Positions 10,345-20,937 of a stretch of 64,000 nt of DNA are shown here, piece by piece. The DNA is from Nannocystis bainbridge (GTDB taxonomy: Bacteria; Myxococcota_A; Polyangia; Nannocystales; Nannocystaceae). The first letter of the stretch is position 1, and each line of letters starts with the position of its first letter. A program made the position numbers and the translations under genes. A model generated the notes under the pieces. The model did not search any database and was not told the DNA's origin. It worked only from the letters and a program-made list of their open reading frames with translations. The stretch spans positions 1,792,001-1,856,000 of the forward strand of contig NZ_JAQNDL010000001.1 in NCBI RefSeq assembly GCF_028368995.1, in the 5' to 3' direction.

Positions 10345-10737
10345 GGCCGTCCTGGCCAGCTCGCCCGTGGCTGGATCGACGACGGCGTAGTAGGTGCCCG
10401 GTCCGCGGCCAGCGAGGTTCGGATCGACCTTGGTGACAACCGTCTCGCGGAGTACGCCGCGGACGATGACGGTGCGATCGGAGAGCGCGTAGACGCCGTG
10501 GACATCGGCGCGAGCCGGTCCCGCGGAGCAGCCTGCCCGGGGGGCGGTTCGGCCGGGGTTTTTTCCAGCGTTGGCGCTGACGGCGGACGGCGCGTCTCCT
10601 GCGCCCAGGCGCGCCGCGTCCGGGCGACGATGCGGCGGGCGGGAGTTGCTCCCTGCGCCCGCCGCCCGGCAGGAGCGCGGGCTCGCCCATCGCCGGAGTT
10701 TGGTCCATACGATCCGGGCCTGCACGCCCGTGTGCCC

Positions 10738-12066
10738 ATGGCCGATCTTTCCGACTCCACCTCCGGCGAGCGCGCGACCGAACCGCCGCTGTTCCTGGCG
10801 CTGACGCGGCTGCTCGCGCTGCCGGTCACGTCGGTCCGCGAAACCCTCGTCGAGGCCTGCGAGGTCGTAGCCTCGGTGATCGAGACCGATAAGGTGGACG
10901 CGTTCCTGCACGACGCCGCCCGCGATTCGCTGGTGGCGCTCGGGACCAATGATTCGCCGATGTCCCGCCTCCAGCGTGCTCTCGGCCTCGATTACATGCC
11001 GCTCAGCAACGGGGGCCGCGCCGCCGAGGTGTTCCAGACCGGCAAGCGCCACCTGTGCGACGACGTGCAGGCCGACCCCGGCGAGCTGCAGGGGATCAAG
11101 GAGGGGCTCAAGGTGCAGTCGTCGATCGCCGTGCCCATCGAGGTGCAAGGCAAGCGCCGCGGGGTGCTGATGGTGGCGGCCGCGACCCGAAACAAGTACC
11201 GCTGGAGCGACCTCGAGTTCCTGGCCGCCGTGGCCCACTGGGTCGGGGTGGTGACGCACCGCGCCGAGCTGGTCGAGGAGGCCACCCGCGTGGCCGCCGA
11301 GCGCGCGCGCCAGCGGACGGCCGAGGAGCTGGTCGCGGTCGTGGCGCACGACCTGCGCAACCTGATCACGCCGCTGGCCGCGCGGCTGGACGTGCTGACG
11401 GTGCGGGCGGAGGCAGAGGCGCGCGCGCCCGACGTCGACGAGCTGAGCAAGGCGAGCCGCGGGGTCGAGCGGCTGGCGCGGGTGCTGTCCAATCTCCTCA
11501 GCGTCGAGCGGATCGAGCGCGGCCTGTTCGACCTCCGGCTGCAGCTCGTCGACCTCGTCGAGCTCACCCGCGGCACCGCCGCGCTGTTCGCCACCGGCGG
11601 GCGGAGGATCGAGATCGAGGCGCCGCCGCAGGTGCTGGCGCGGGCCGACCCCGACGCGATGCGGCAGGCGCTCGAGAACCTGCTGCACAATGCGTCCTCC
11701 CACTCCCCCGAGGGGGCGGGGCTGTCGCTGACGATCCGCCGCGACCGCTTCGACGGCGCCAACTGGAGCCTCGTCCGCATCCGCGACTTCGGGCCCGGCA
11801 TCCCCGCCGAGCTCCTGCCGACGCTGTTCGACCGCTTCGCCCTCGGACCGAAGTCGTCCGGCCTCGGCCTCGGCCTCTACCTGGCCCGCAGCATCGTCCA
11901 GGCGCACGGCGGCACGCTGGTGGTCGAGCACGCGGACGGGCCCGGCGCCTGCTTTCGCCTGGCGCTGCCGATGTACGAGCCGACCGTCGGCGAGTCCGCC
12001 GAGGCGACGTGCGGTGGGCGCGAGGGCCGGCGCGAGGGCGACGGCGGGCCGGCTTCGCACACATGA
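10738..12066 (+). CDS. GAF-domain sensor histidine kinase
   Basis: GAF (SSIAVPIEVQGKRRGVLMV), H-box VAHDLRN, N-box NLLHNA, DFGPGI, GLGLGLYLARSIVQAHGG. Confidence 0.92.
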   Translation: MADLSDSTSGERATEPPLFLALTRLLALPVTSVRETLVEACEVVASVIETDKVDAFLHDAARDSLVALGTNDSPMSRLQRALGLDYMPLSNGGRAAEVFQTGKRHLCDDVQADPGELQGIKEGLKVQSSIAVPIEVQGKRRGVLMVAAATRNKYRWSDLEFLAAVAHWVGVVTHRAELVEEATRVAAERARQRTAEELVAVVAHDLRNLITPLAARLDVLTVRAEAEARAPDVDELSKASRGVERLARVLSNLLSVERIERGLFDLRLQLVDLVELTRGTAALFATGGRRIEIEAPPQVLARADPDAMRQALENLLHNASSHSPEGAGLSLTIRRDRFDGANWSLVRIRDFGPGIPAELLPTLFDRFALGPKSSGLGLGLYLARSIVQAHGGTLVVEHADGPGACFRLALPMYEPTVGESAEATCGGREGRREGDGGPASHT

Positions 12067-12081
12067 GAGGAGGCTGGCCGG

Positions 12082-12441
12082 GTGTCCATCGCCGTAAATA
12101 CCGATGACGACGGCTCCGGGGTCGGTCTCGTCACCGTCGACGAGGCGGTGGTCGCCGAGTTGAGGTTCGCCGAAGGATCGGCGGCCTGGGAGACAGCGGA
12201 CTTCTCGGCCCTCGGTCCTGCGCAGGCGCAGGCGGTCGCCGCCAGTATCGTGCAGGTCTGGCATGAAGACGCGGTCATCGAGGCGGCGCTGATCGGCGCT
12301 GCGCGTGGCGTCGGATCGTGGGAGCGCCGGTCACTCGGACCCGAGCAAGGGTCGCTCCCACCGAGCTCGCGGTCCGGAAGCTCGACGAACCGGTCACCAT
12401 CGGGCACACGCGCCGCTGAACCGCCGACGAGGCGGGCGTGA
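12082..12441 (+). CDS. Hypothetical protein, possibly a degraded fragment
   Basis: GAGGAGG RBS before GTG; coding-like first ~80 codons, low-complexity tail. Confidence 0.4.
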   Translation: MSIAVNTDDDGSGVGLVTVDEAVVAELRFAEGSAAWETADFSALGPAQAQAVAASIVQVWHEDAVIEAALIGAARGVGSWERRSLGPEQGSLPPSSRSGSSTNRSPSGTRAAEPPTRRA

Positions 12442-12475
12442 CAGCGCTCGTCGGCCGGGGTAGGCTTGACGGGCC

Positions 12476-13579
12476 ATGCGTCGTCTCGCCCCCGCCGCTG
12501 CCCTCGCGCTCGCCTGCGGGACAGACAGCCCGCCGGCGTTCTCGACGGGCCCGGGCGTGACCTCCGTGGCGCACACCTCGACCAGCTCGGGCAGCACGAC
12601 GACGTCGACCTCGACGTCGAGCTCGACCAGCGGCGGCGCCGAGGACAGCGCCGCCGCGAGCAGCTCGGGCGCGGCGTCGACGTTCGACATGCAGCTGCCG
12701 CCCGACCTCGGCGACCCGACGCCCGCGGGCTGCAAGGGCAAGATCGATTTCGTGTTCGCGATCTCTGCCCTCGGGACGATGAAGACCGAGCAGGACCAAC
12801 TGGTCGCCAGCCTGCCCGGCTTCATGGAGACGATCGCCGACGACTTCGCCGGCTTCGACGCGCACGTCGTCTCGATCAACACCGACGGCTCATGGCGGGG
12901 CACTCAGTGCGAGTCGCCCGACTTCTGCCTGAATATCGGCAACTGCGGTCAGCACGCGCTCAACTACGAGTGCGGCAAGTACGTCGAGCAGGTCTGGACT
13001 TGCGACAAGACCCTGGGCGCCGGACTCATCTTCAACGCCGGGGCCTACGCCTACAACAAGCCCTGCGACCTCTACGGCGGGAACCGCTACATCATCGACG
13101 GGGAGCCGGATCCGGTCGAAGCGTTCAAGTGCATCACGCAAGTGGGCACGTTTGGCAAGGATCCGCCCCTCGCCGACTCGCTCGTCGCAGCGCTGTCACC
13201 CGAGCTCAACGGGCCCGCGGGCTGCAACGCGGGTTTTCTGCGACCCGACGCGCTCCTGGTCTTCGTGTTCATCATGGACAACGAGGACGACGAGTCGATC
13301 CTGAGCCCGAAGAAGGCCCATGACGCCATCGTTGCGGCGAAGGGTGGCGACGAGGACGCCGTGGTCGCGCTCGCCATCGTGCCGCAACTGCTTCTCGACG
13401 AGCCTGTCCCGGGATGCACCTACAACGAGCCTCCCGGGCCGCAGCACCTCACCGACGTGATCGAGCTGTTCCCATACAACGACCAAGGCGACGTGTGCGC
13501 GGACGAGTATTCGACGTTCTTCAACGGCGCCGCCGCGAGCCTCGTTCACGAGGCGTGTAACAGCTTTATCCCGCAGTGA
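12476..13579 (+). CDS. Lipoprotein with S/T-rich linker and vWA-like domain
   Basis: LALAC lipobox; GCKGKIDFVFAIS...EQDQLVASLPGF; GCNAGFLRPDALLVFVFIMDNED, a myxobacterial vWA-like family pattern. Confidence 0.8.
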   Translation: MRRLAPAAALALACGTDSPPAFSTGPGVTSVAHTSTSSGSTTTSTSTSSSTSGGAEDSAAASSSGAASTFDMQLPPDLGDPTPAGCKGKIDFVFAISALGTMKTEQDQLVASLPGFMETIADDFAGFDAHVVSINTDGSWRGTQCESPDFCLNIGNCGQHALNYECGKYVEQVWTCDKTLGAGLIFNAGAYAYNKPCDLYGGNRYIIDGEPDPVEAFKCITQVGTFGKDPPLADSLVAALSPELNGPAGCNAGFLRPDALLVFVFIMDNEDDESILSPKKAHDAIVAAKGGDEDAVVALAIVPQLLLDEPVPGCTYNEPPGPQHLTDVIELFPYNDQGDVCADEYSTFFNGAAASLVHEACNSFIPQ

Positions 13580-13612
13580 GCGCCCAGCGGGCGAAGCGCG
13601 ACCGGGCGGCGT

Positions 13613-15271
13613 TCACCGGGCGACGCGCGACGCCCGGGCCTGGCGCACGCCGCCGAGCGTTCGCTCGCCGATCAGGTACACCTGCTCGTAAGCGTCGAGG
13701 GCGAGCCCGTGCGCGGCCGAGGGCTCGGTCCCGATGATGAAATGATCGAAGTTGAGGCCGGGGAGCTCGCGGCCGTAGAGCGCGCCGCGAAGGCCGTCGC
13801 CGACATCCACGACGCCAGCGAACAGGAGCGCGCCGTGAGCGGTCCATGCGACGCCCGTCCCGTACGCGACCGATGCCGGCAGCTCGCTCGTGTAGTACGT
13901 CCTCTTGCTGCCGTCGAACGCCTGCACGGTGATCCGCTGCATGCTGCCGTCGTCGATGCTCTCGGAGCCGGTGACGACGACGCCGCCGTCGGGGTGCTGT
14001 CCACCCGCGAGGAACATGCTGTGGCGCCACACGTTCACCGACTCGGCAACCGCCGCCGGGCCGAGCTCCGCGCCGGTGTTCACGTCGAGGCGCACCACTA
14101 TGCCGCGGCTCCTCTCCTTGTTGAGTAGCCCGTCGTGTTTCCCCGTGCTCGCGCCGACCACCCACGCGACGCCGTCGGCGACGACGACGTCGAACGCGAG
14201 ATCGTCGAAAGTGTGCTTGAGGTCCGCCTGTCCCTCGGGGAAGTAGTCCCACAGCTTCGCGCTCGCCGTGGCCACGTCCTCGCCGCTCATCCGCCAGTAC
14301 ACGACGTCCATGTCACCGAGGCCCGATCCGCCGAACCCCACCGCGAAGAAGCCGCCGTCGTCGGTCACGCCGATGCCCCGCACCGTGGCGCCGGGCTCGG
14401 TCGGCGCCTCGATGCCGGTCGCGTGGCCGTCGGCGTCGAGCAGGACGATCCGCGGCTGCCACTTCTTGTTCGGGTTCACGACGTTCATCGCCACCCACAT
14501 CCACCCGTCGGCCCGCACCGCGATCGCGTCCGCCGAGCCCTCGCGCGTGTCGAGAACGATCGTCCCCTCGGCCCACATCTCGCCGCCGTTGGCCGCCGAG
14601 CGCTTGCGGATCGCCGGCTTCATCACGCCCTCGACCTCCACCGCGCCGACCTCGATCAAGTCGCCCTCGGCAGTGGCGGCCGCCCGTCGCGTCGTCGAGG
14701 CCGGCGGGGCGAGCACCGCCCAGGCTTGCCCGCCGGGCGCCGGCGTCGACACCGTGAACGGCACCGGCGGCCAGCTGGCGGCGAGCGGCCCGTGGGTCGC
14801 GCTCACCTCGACCACGTGGTCGCCGTTGTCGACGGAGCCGTAGCACGGCGCGAGGCCCAGCCAGACGCCGCCGCCCTGATCCTCGAACGGCTGCAGCTCG
14901 ACCCCGTCGAGCGTCGCGCGCACGGCCGTCGCGTGCTCGGCGTGCACTGTCACCGTGACCGGCCCAGCGAGGTGAACCGAGGCGGGCACATCGACGGACA
15001 GGATTTGCGGCAGCAGCAGCTCGCCGTCGACCGCGGTGGTCGGGCCCGCCTCGCCGGAGCTCGAGACCTCACCGGTGGCGGTCGCCTCGGAGCTGCCCGT
15101 CCATGGAGCGGTCGTGTCCTCGACGCCGGTGGTCCCCGTCGTCCCGCTGCCCTCGCTACCTGTCCCCATGGACATCTGAGCGTCGTGGGCCAGGAACGCA
15201 GCGTAATTCGGCGCATCACGACATGAAGCCAGCGCGAGCAGGACGACGACCAGGGCCGATTGGCGAGCCAT
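13613..15271 (-). CDS. Hypothetical lipoprotein (S/T linker, Ig-like domain, beta-propeller-like repeats)
   Basis: MARQSALVVVLLALASC lipobox; long GC3-rich ORF. Confidence 0.8.
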   Translation of the reverse strand: MARQSALVVVLLALASCRDAPNYAAFLAHDAQMSMGTGSEGSGTTGTTGVEDTTAPWTGSSEATATGEVSSSGEAGPTTAVDGELLLPQILSVDVPASVHLAGPVTVTVHAEHATAVRATLDGVELQPFEDQGGGVWLGLAPCYGSVDNGDHVVEVSATHGPLAASWPPVPFTVSTPAPGGQAWAVLAPPASTTRRAAATAEGDLIEVGAVEVEGVMKPAIRKRSAANGGEMWAEGTIVLDTREGSADAIAVRADGWMWVAMNVVNPNKKWQPRIVLLDADGHATGIEAPTEPGATVRGIGVTDDGGFFAVGFGGSGLGDMDVVYWRMSGEDVATASAKLWDYFPEGQADLKHTFDDLAFDVVVADGVAWVVGASTGKHDGLLNKERSRGIVVRLDVNTGAELGPAAVAESVNVWRHSMFLAGGQHPDGGVVVTGSESIDDGSMQRITVQAFDGSKRTYYTSELPASVAYGTGVAWTAHGALLFAGVVDVGDGLRGALYGRELPGLNFDHFIIGTEPSAAHGLALDAYEQVYLIGERTLGGVRQARASRVAR

Positions 15272-15272
15272 A

Positions 15273-15569
15273 TCAGAAGGCATACACGACTCCAGCGCCG
15301 CAGGCGCGAACTCGCGCCCGTGAGGCCGCGCGCGGCCTCACGATGAGCACAGCCAAACTTGTAAGCAGGATTACACCTCCGACGATACCGATGGCCATCG
15401 CGGTCCCGTCGAGTCGGCGATAGCGGTTGTTCGCATCCTCGACCGCCGCCACCTCGCCGGGCATGAACTCGCGGCCCACTGCGTTCGCGTCGATCGTGGC
15501 GATCACCTCGTTGGCGCGAGCGCGGCCCGCGAGTGCGCCGGCCATCCAGCCCCGCATACCCAGGCCCAC
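15273..15569 (-). pseudogene. 3' remnant of a membrane-anchored protein gene
   Basis: TM helix AMAIGIVGGVILLTSLAVLIV and C-terminal GAGVVYAF*; stop abuts the ATG of the next gene (TGAtATG); no convincing 5' part. Confidence 0.5.
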
Positions 15570-15630
15570 GGCGCCCTCGCAGCGCCTCGTCCCTCCGGCG
15601 AGGCGGCCGCGTCGAGCCGCGATCGATGCG

Positions 15631-16992
<1,362 letters not shown>

Positions 16993-17270
16993 CGCCTACG
17001 CCTACGCTCAAACGCCGGCGAGGGCAACGAGGCGCCCCCCGGCCCGGCCCGTGCACGGCCCCGCCACCGCGAACGCCCGCCCGCGGACGGCCGCGCCACA
17101 AGCCCGGCGCCCGGCCGCGACCTGTCCCTTTCGCCATGTCGCCCGCCCGCGCCGAAGTGCTGGTCCTCACGGGTCGCAGCGCGGGCGCGAAGGCGACCCA
17201 TGGCGCGCGCGGTGGCGCAGCGCGCCGCGACGTCAGGGCACCCGCGCCCGCACGAGGATCGGCGCCGCCC

Positions 17271-18254
17271 TCACGACTTCGGCGCGAACAGCTCGCCGCT
17301 GAAGCGGCCGCGATCGTGCGCCTGCTCGAGGTTCGAGATCGGGCCGAGCGGGACGATGCGCGTCGGGTTCACCTGCGGGTGGCTGCGATAATAATGCTCC
17401 TTGATGTGATCGAGCCGGCACAGCGCGGCCACCCCGGGCAATTGATAGAGGTCGCGCAGGTAATTGGAGAGCTGCGGGTAATCGACGATCCGCCGCAGGT
17501 TGCACTTGAAGTGCCCGTGGTAGACCGGGTCGAAGCGCAGCAGCGTGGTGAACATGCAGAGGTCGGCCTCGGTCACGACCTCGCCGCACAGGAAGCGCTG
17601 GCCTGCGAGCACGCCCTCCCAGTGATCGAGCGCCGCGAACAGCTCGCGCACCGCCGCCTCGTACGCGGCCTGCTCGGTGGCGAAGCCGGCCCGGTACACC
17701 CCGTTGTTGATCGGCCCGTAGATCTTCTCGATCGTGCGATCGATGCTGCGCTGCAGCGGCCGCGGATAGAGCGTGATGGGCCGGGTGTGCAGCGCCGCGA
17801 ACTCGACGTCGAGCATGCGCAAGATCTCGCGCGACTCGTTGCACACGATCGTCGCGCGCTCGCGGTCCCACAGCACCGGCACCGTGGTGCGACCGCTGAA
17901 GCCCGGGTCGGCCCGCAGGTAGATCGAGCGCAAGAAGCGGGCCCCGAAGATCGGGTCGGGCACGCAGCCGTCGCGGTCGGTGAAGGCCCAGCCGTCGTCA
18001 CCCATGAACGGATCGACCACCGAGATCGAGATCGTTTCCTCGAGGCCGAGCAGCCCGCGCGCCAGCAGGGTCCGGTGGGCCCACGGGCACGCGTGGGCGA
18101 CGTAGAGGTGGTAGCGACCGGCGAGCGCCGGGAAGCCCGAGCTGCCGTCGGCCGTCACGCGCTCGCGGAACTGCGACTCCTGGCGCACGAAGTTGCCGGC
18201 CTCGTCCGGCTCGTACCACTTCGTCGTCCACACCCCGTCGATGAGCATGCCCAT
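17271..18254 (-). CDS. yqjG: Glutathionyl-hydroquinone reductase (GST omega/Xi-like)
   Basis: MGMLIDGVW, RYHLYVAHACPWAHRTL, TVPVLWD, NNGVYRAGFA, HFKCN, HIKEHYYRSH. Confidence 0.93.
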   Translation of the reverse strand: MGMLIDGVWTTKWYEPDEAGNFVRQESQFRERVTADGSSGFPALAGRYHLYVAHACPWAHRTLLARGLLGLEETISISVVDPFMGDDGWAFTDRDGCVPDPIFGARFLRSIYLRADPGFSGRTTVPVLWDRERATIVCNESREILRMLDVEFAALHTRPITLYPRPLQRSIDRTIEKIYGPINNGVYRAGFATEQAAYEAAVRELFAALDHWEGVLAGQRFLCGEVVTEADLCMFTTLLRFDPVYHGHFKCNLRRIVDYPQLSNYLRDLYQLPGVAALCRLDHIKEHYYRSHPQVNPTRIVPLGPISNLEQAHDRGRFSGELFAPKS

Positions 18255-18349
18255 GGCTCCGGTCCTCCGCGGCGACAACCATGATCGAAAACGCCGGCCG
18301 GGCCACCGCCGCCAGCACGCCCCCGGGAGCCCGAATCCGGGTTCGGCGG

Positions 18350-19078
18350 TCAACCCCCGTCGAGCTGCTGCAGGGCCATCGAGTACAGCTCGCTCTCGGT
18401 GAGCTGAGCGAAGCGCGCGAGCGACTTGAGCTGACCCTCCAGCTGCGGCAGCAGCAGCATCGCCGCGATCATCGTCAGCTTCCTGAGCCCGTCATCGCGC
18501 GCCGCCATCCCGGCGGCGAGCAGGCCGAGCTGGTGCAGCGCGTTGCGCACGGGCGCATAGCTGAAGGCGCCCGCGTGCTCGCGGATCCACGCGCGGATGG
18601 CCTCGATCGCCGGGGTCAGATCCTGGTCGCGGCCGAGGACCTCGATGGCGCCGTGGATCGAGACCGGCCCCTGAAAGAACGTGCGCAGCAGGTCCCGCTG
18701 GCCGCGCAGCGACGCGTAGGCGTTCTGGATCACGTAGTCGGGCGTGCGCACCACCAGCGCCCCCGGGACCGCGACCAGGCTCGCCTCGCCCGCGATGACG
18801 ACCCCGAACTCCTGGGCGACCCGCTCGATCTCCGGCTTGCAGCGCGGACGCTCGCGGTACAGCTCGACGAACAGCGTCTCGTCGAGCATGCCGTTGCGCT
18901 CGAGCGTCATGGTGACGCCGTGCGCCAGCAGTTCGGCGGTGACGACCTCGGGCGGGATCTGGTTGGCGATCTGTCGCCCGCCCCACTCGGCGATGAATTT
19001 GCGCAGTTGCGGCGGCTCGAACAGCTCGAGCAAGAGCGACTGGATCAGCTTGAGTTTCTCGGCGGCGAATTTCAGCAT
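18350..19078 (-). CDS. Hypothetical protein with N-terminal EAD-like helical domain
   Basis: LLLELFEPPQLRKFI...QIP...LERNGMLDETLFVELYRERPR..EIERV; resembles the effector-associated domains seen in myxobacteria (from memory). Confidence 0.7.
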   Translation of the reverse strand: MLKFAAEKLKLIQSLLLELFEPPQLRKFIAEWGGRQIANQIPPEVVTAELLAHGVTMTLERNGMLDETLFVELYRERPRCKPEIERVAQEFGVVIAGEASLVAVPGALVVRTPDYVIQNAYASLRGQRDLLRTFFQGPVSIHGAIEVLGRDQDLTPAIEAIRAWIREHAGAFSYAPVRNALHQLGLLAAGMAARDDGLRKLTMIAAMLLLPQLEGQLKSLARFAQLTESELYSMALQQLDGG

Positions 19079-19370
19079 GGCTACGAGCGTGGTGCGCCGC
19101 GGACCGGCGGACGATCACCTCGTAGTGCGTGACCCAGCTCCGCTGCCGGCCATCGGCCCCGATCATGACCGCGGGTCTGCTGGCGCTCCGCCCGATTGGC
19201 TGCGCCCTCGCTCCGCTCGTCGGCGACATAACCGCCGCGCGGACGAGTGAGTCGGCCGCGATCGTTGACCTGTCCTTCGAGACATCTCCTATCAACGACG
19301 ATCGTATCACGCTGAGCGTGAGGACCGGCGACGTTCGGCTGAACCCGCAACCGCTCGCCTCGACCGCCAG

Positions 19371-19391
19371 GGTCCTCGCAACGCGAGGACC
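19371..19391. terminator. GC-rich hairpin downstream of the small membrane gene
   Basis: GGTCCTCGC-AAC-GCGAGGACC perfect 9-bp stem, extendable; no U-tract. Confidence 0.35.
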
Positions 19392-19456
19392 GCGTCGAGC
19401 GGCACGCACCGCGATCGCCCGCCACGGGGCGCGCGAGCGCCCCGCTCGCATGACGA

Positions 19457-19585
19457 TCATTGGAACATGCCGAAGTTGCCGAGCACGATCCACAAGAGGA
19501 TGAAGATCAGGACGGTGCCAATGACACCACCGCCGAGCTTCCAAGCCCCAACACCCGCGACTGCACCTCGAAGAAGTTTGCTCAT
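19457..19585 (-). CDS. 42-aa small membrane protein
   Basis: MSKLLRGAVAGVGAWKLGGGVIGTVLIFILLWIVLGNFGMFQ: glycine-rich amphipathic helix plus TM helix. Confidence 0.7.
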   Translation of the reverse strand: MSKLLRGAVAGVGAWKLGGGVIGTVLIFILLWIVLGNFGMFQ

Positions 19586-19942
19586 CGTGATACCGGCATG
19601 GTCGGTTTTTGCTCGCGCGCCAGTGCGCGAAGTGCGTCCCGCGGTCGGCTCGATCACGACGGTCGCCGGGGGCTGCTCCGCGTCGTCGCATCGACGGCGC
19701 CGACCGACCCTCGCCGCGCATCGCGGAACGCCGATCTTCGGCCGCTCCCCTGTTCGTTGTTCTGTCGAGGTCGTTGGATGCGACGGGCCCGAAGGCCGGG
19801 CTTGACGCTTCGCCTGCGGCCCGGGGTCAGGTTGGTGGGGGTGCGACAGGAGCGCACTCCCGCGGAGGCGACAGCGCATGCGCCGAGCGACACTGCGGTC
19901 GGCCCGCCGCCTTGTTCGCGCGGGTCAACGGCTCGCGCCGCT

Positions 19943-20548
19943 TCAGTCCGCCGGGTGGTAGACGATCTCGTCCCACACGAGCTCGCCCGTGGCGGCGTCG
20001 ATCGTGCCGCCGTGGGCCAGCTGCTGCATGTCGAACGCCTCGATGACGCCATCGACGCACGTATAGGTGCCCTGCAGGCCGTAGTCCGAGAGCTGGTGAT
20101 CGAACGTGTCGGCCGTGAACTTCAGCTTCCACGGGCACATCTCGAGCCCGTTGGGCCCCTTGCCGCACTCGAGCTCCTCGTCGCTGAGGAACAGCTTGCC
20201 GACCAGGAACGAGCAATCGTCCACCGGCGCGCCCGTCGAGCTCGAGGAGCCCTCGGTGGTATCGACGGGGCCGGTGCTGGTGCTCTCCGTCGGGTCGGTG
20301 GTGCCGGGGGCCTCGGTGGTGGTGCTGGTGGTGGTGCTGGTGCTGGTCGGCTCGCTCGTGCCGGTCGTGCTGGTCGTCTCGCTCGTGCCGGTGGGGCTGG
20401 TCGAGTCCGTCGAGTCCGTCGACGCGCTCGAGTCCGTCGACGCGCTCGAGTCCGTCGCCTCGGTGGTCGTCGTCGAGTCGGTGCCCTGCACCTGCGGGGA
20501 GCAGGCCAGATGGGCGCAAATCAAGGCAAAGCAAGGCAAGAAACGCAT
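19943..20548 (-). CDS. Lipoprotein with S/T-rich linker and small 4-Cys domain
   Basis: AHLAC lipobox; TDSSAS repeats; ECGKGPNGLEMCPW..GTYTC; TAGGCT 6 nt upstream of ATG. Confidence 0.8.
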   Translation of the reverse strand: MRFLPCFALICAHLACSPQVQGTDSTTTTEATDSSASTDSSASTDSTDSTSPTGTSETTSTTGTSEPTSTSTTTSTTTEAPGTTDPTESTSTGPVDTTEGSSSSTGAPVDDCSFLVGKLFLSDEELECGKGPNGLEMCPWKLKFTADTFDHQLSDYGLQGTYTCVDGVIEAFDMQQLAHGGTIDAATGELVWDEIVYHPAD

Positions 20549-20937
20549 ACGCGGAGCCTACGAGAGGCCGCGGGTGGCGTCGAGCGCGTGGTGCCCGCGA
20601 GCGGCGAACCGGCTGGCTCGCCGCTGGTCGTGCGGGGCGAAAACGCCAGGGTCCGCCGTCGCCGCCCGATCGAGGCCGCATCACGACGACGCCGCCGGGC
20701 TGGCGCGAAGGACAGCCCGCGCGTCTCGCCTTGAGGTCGCGCCGGTGCCAGCGTACCGTGCTCTCGGGCCGCCGCGAACAGGGCCCGCAACATGGTCGAC
20801 GGGAGAAGCCGAGGACGAGCTGCCGGGCCGGCGTGGGCACGCCGGGCGCGGAGCATGAGCGTGCGGCTCCGGCCCCGCGCGCCCGGCTCCGTCGCGCTCG
20901 CTCGCCTCGCAGGCGCGACCGGCCACGGGAGGACTGC

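Noticed and set aside
19129-19503. 124-aa + strand ORF
   Set aside because: Weak codon bias, crosses a hairpin and overlaps the better-supported 42-aa gene
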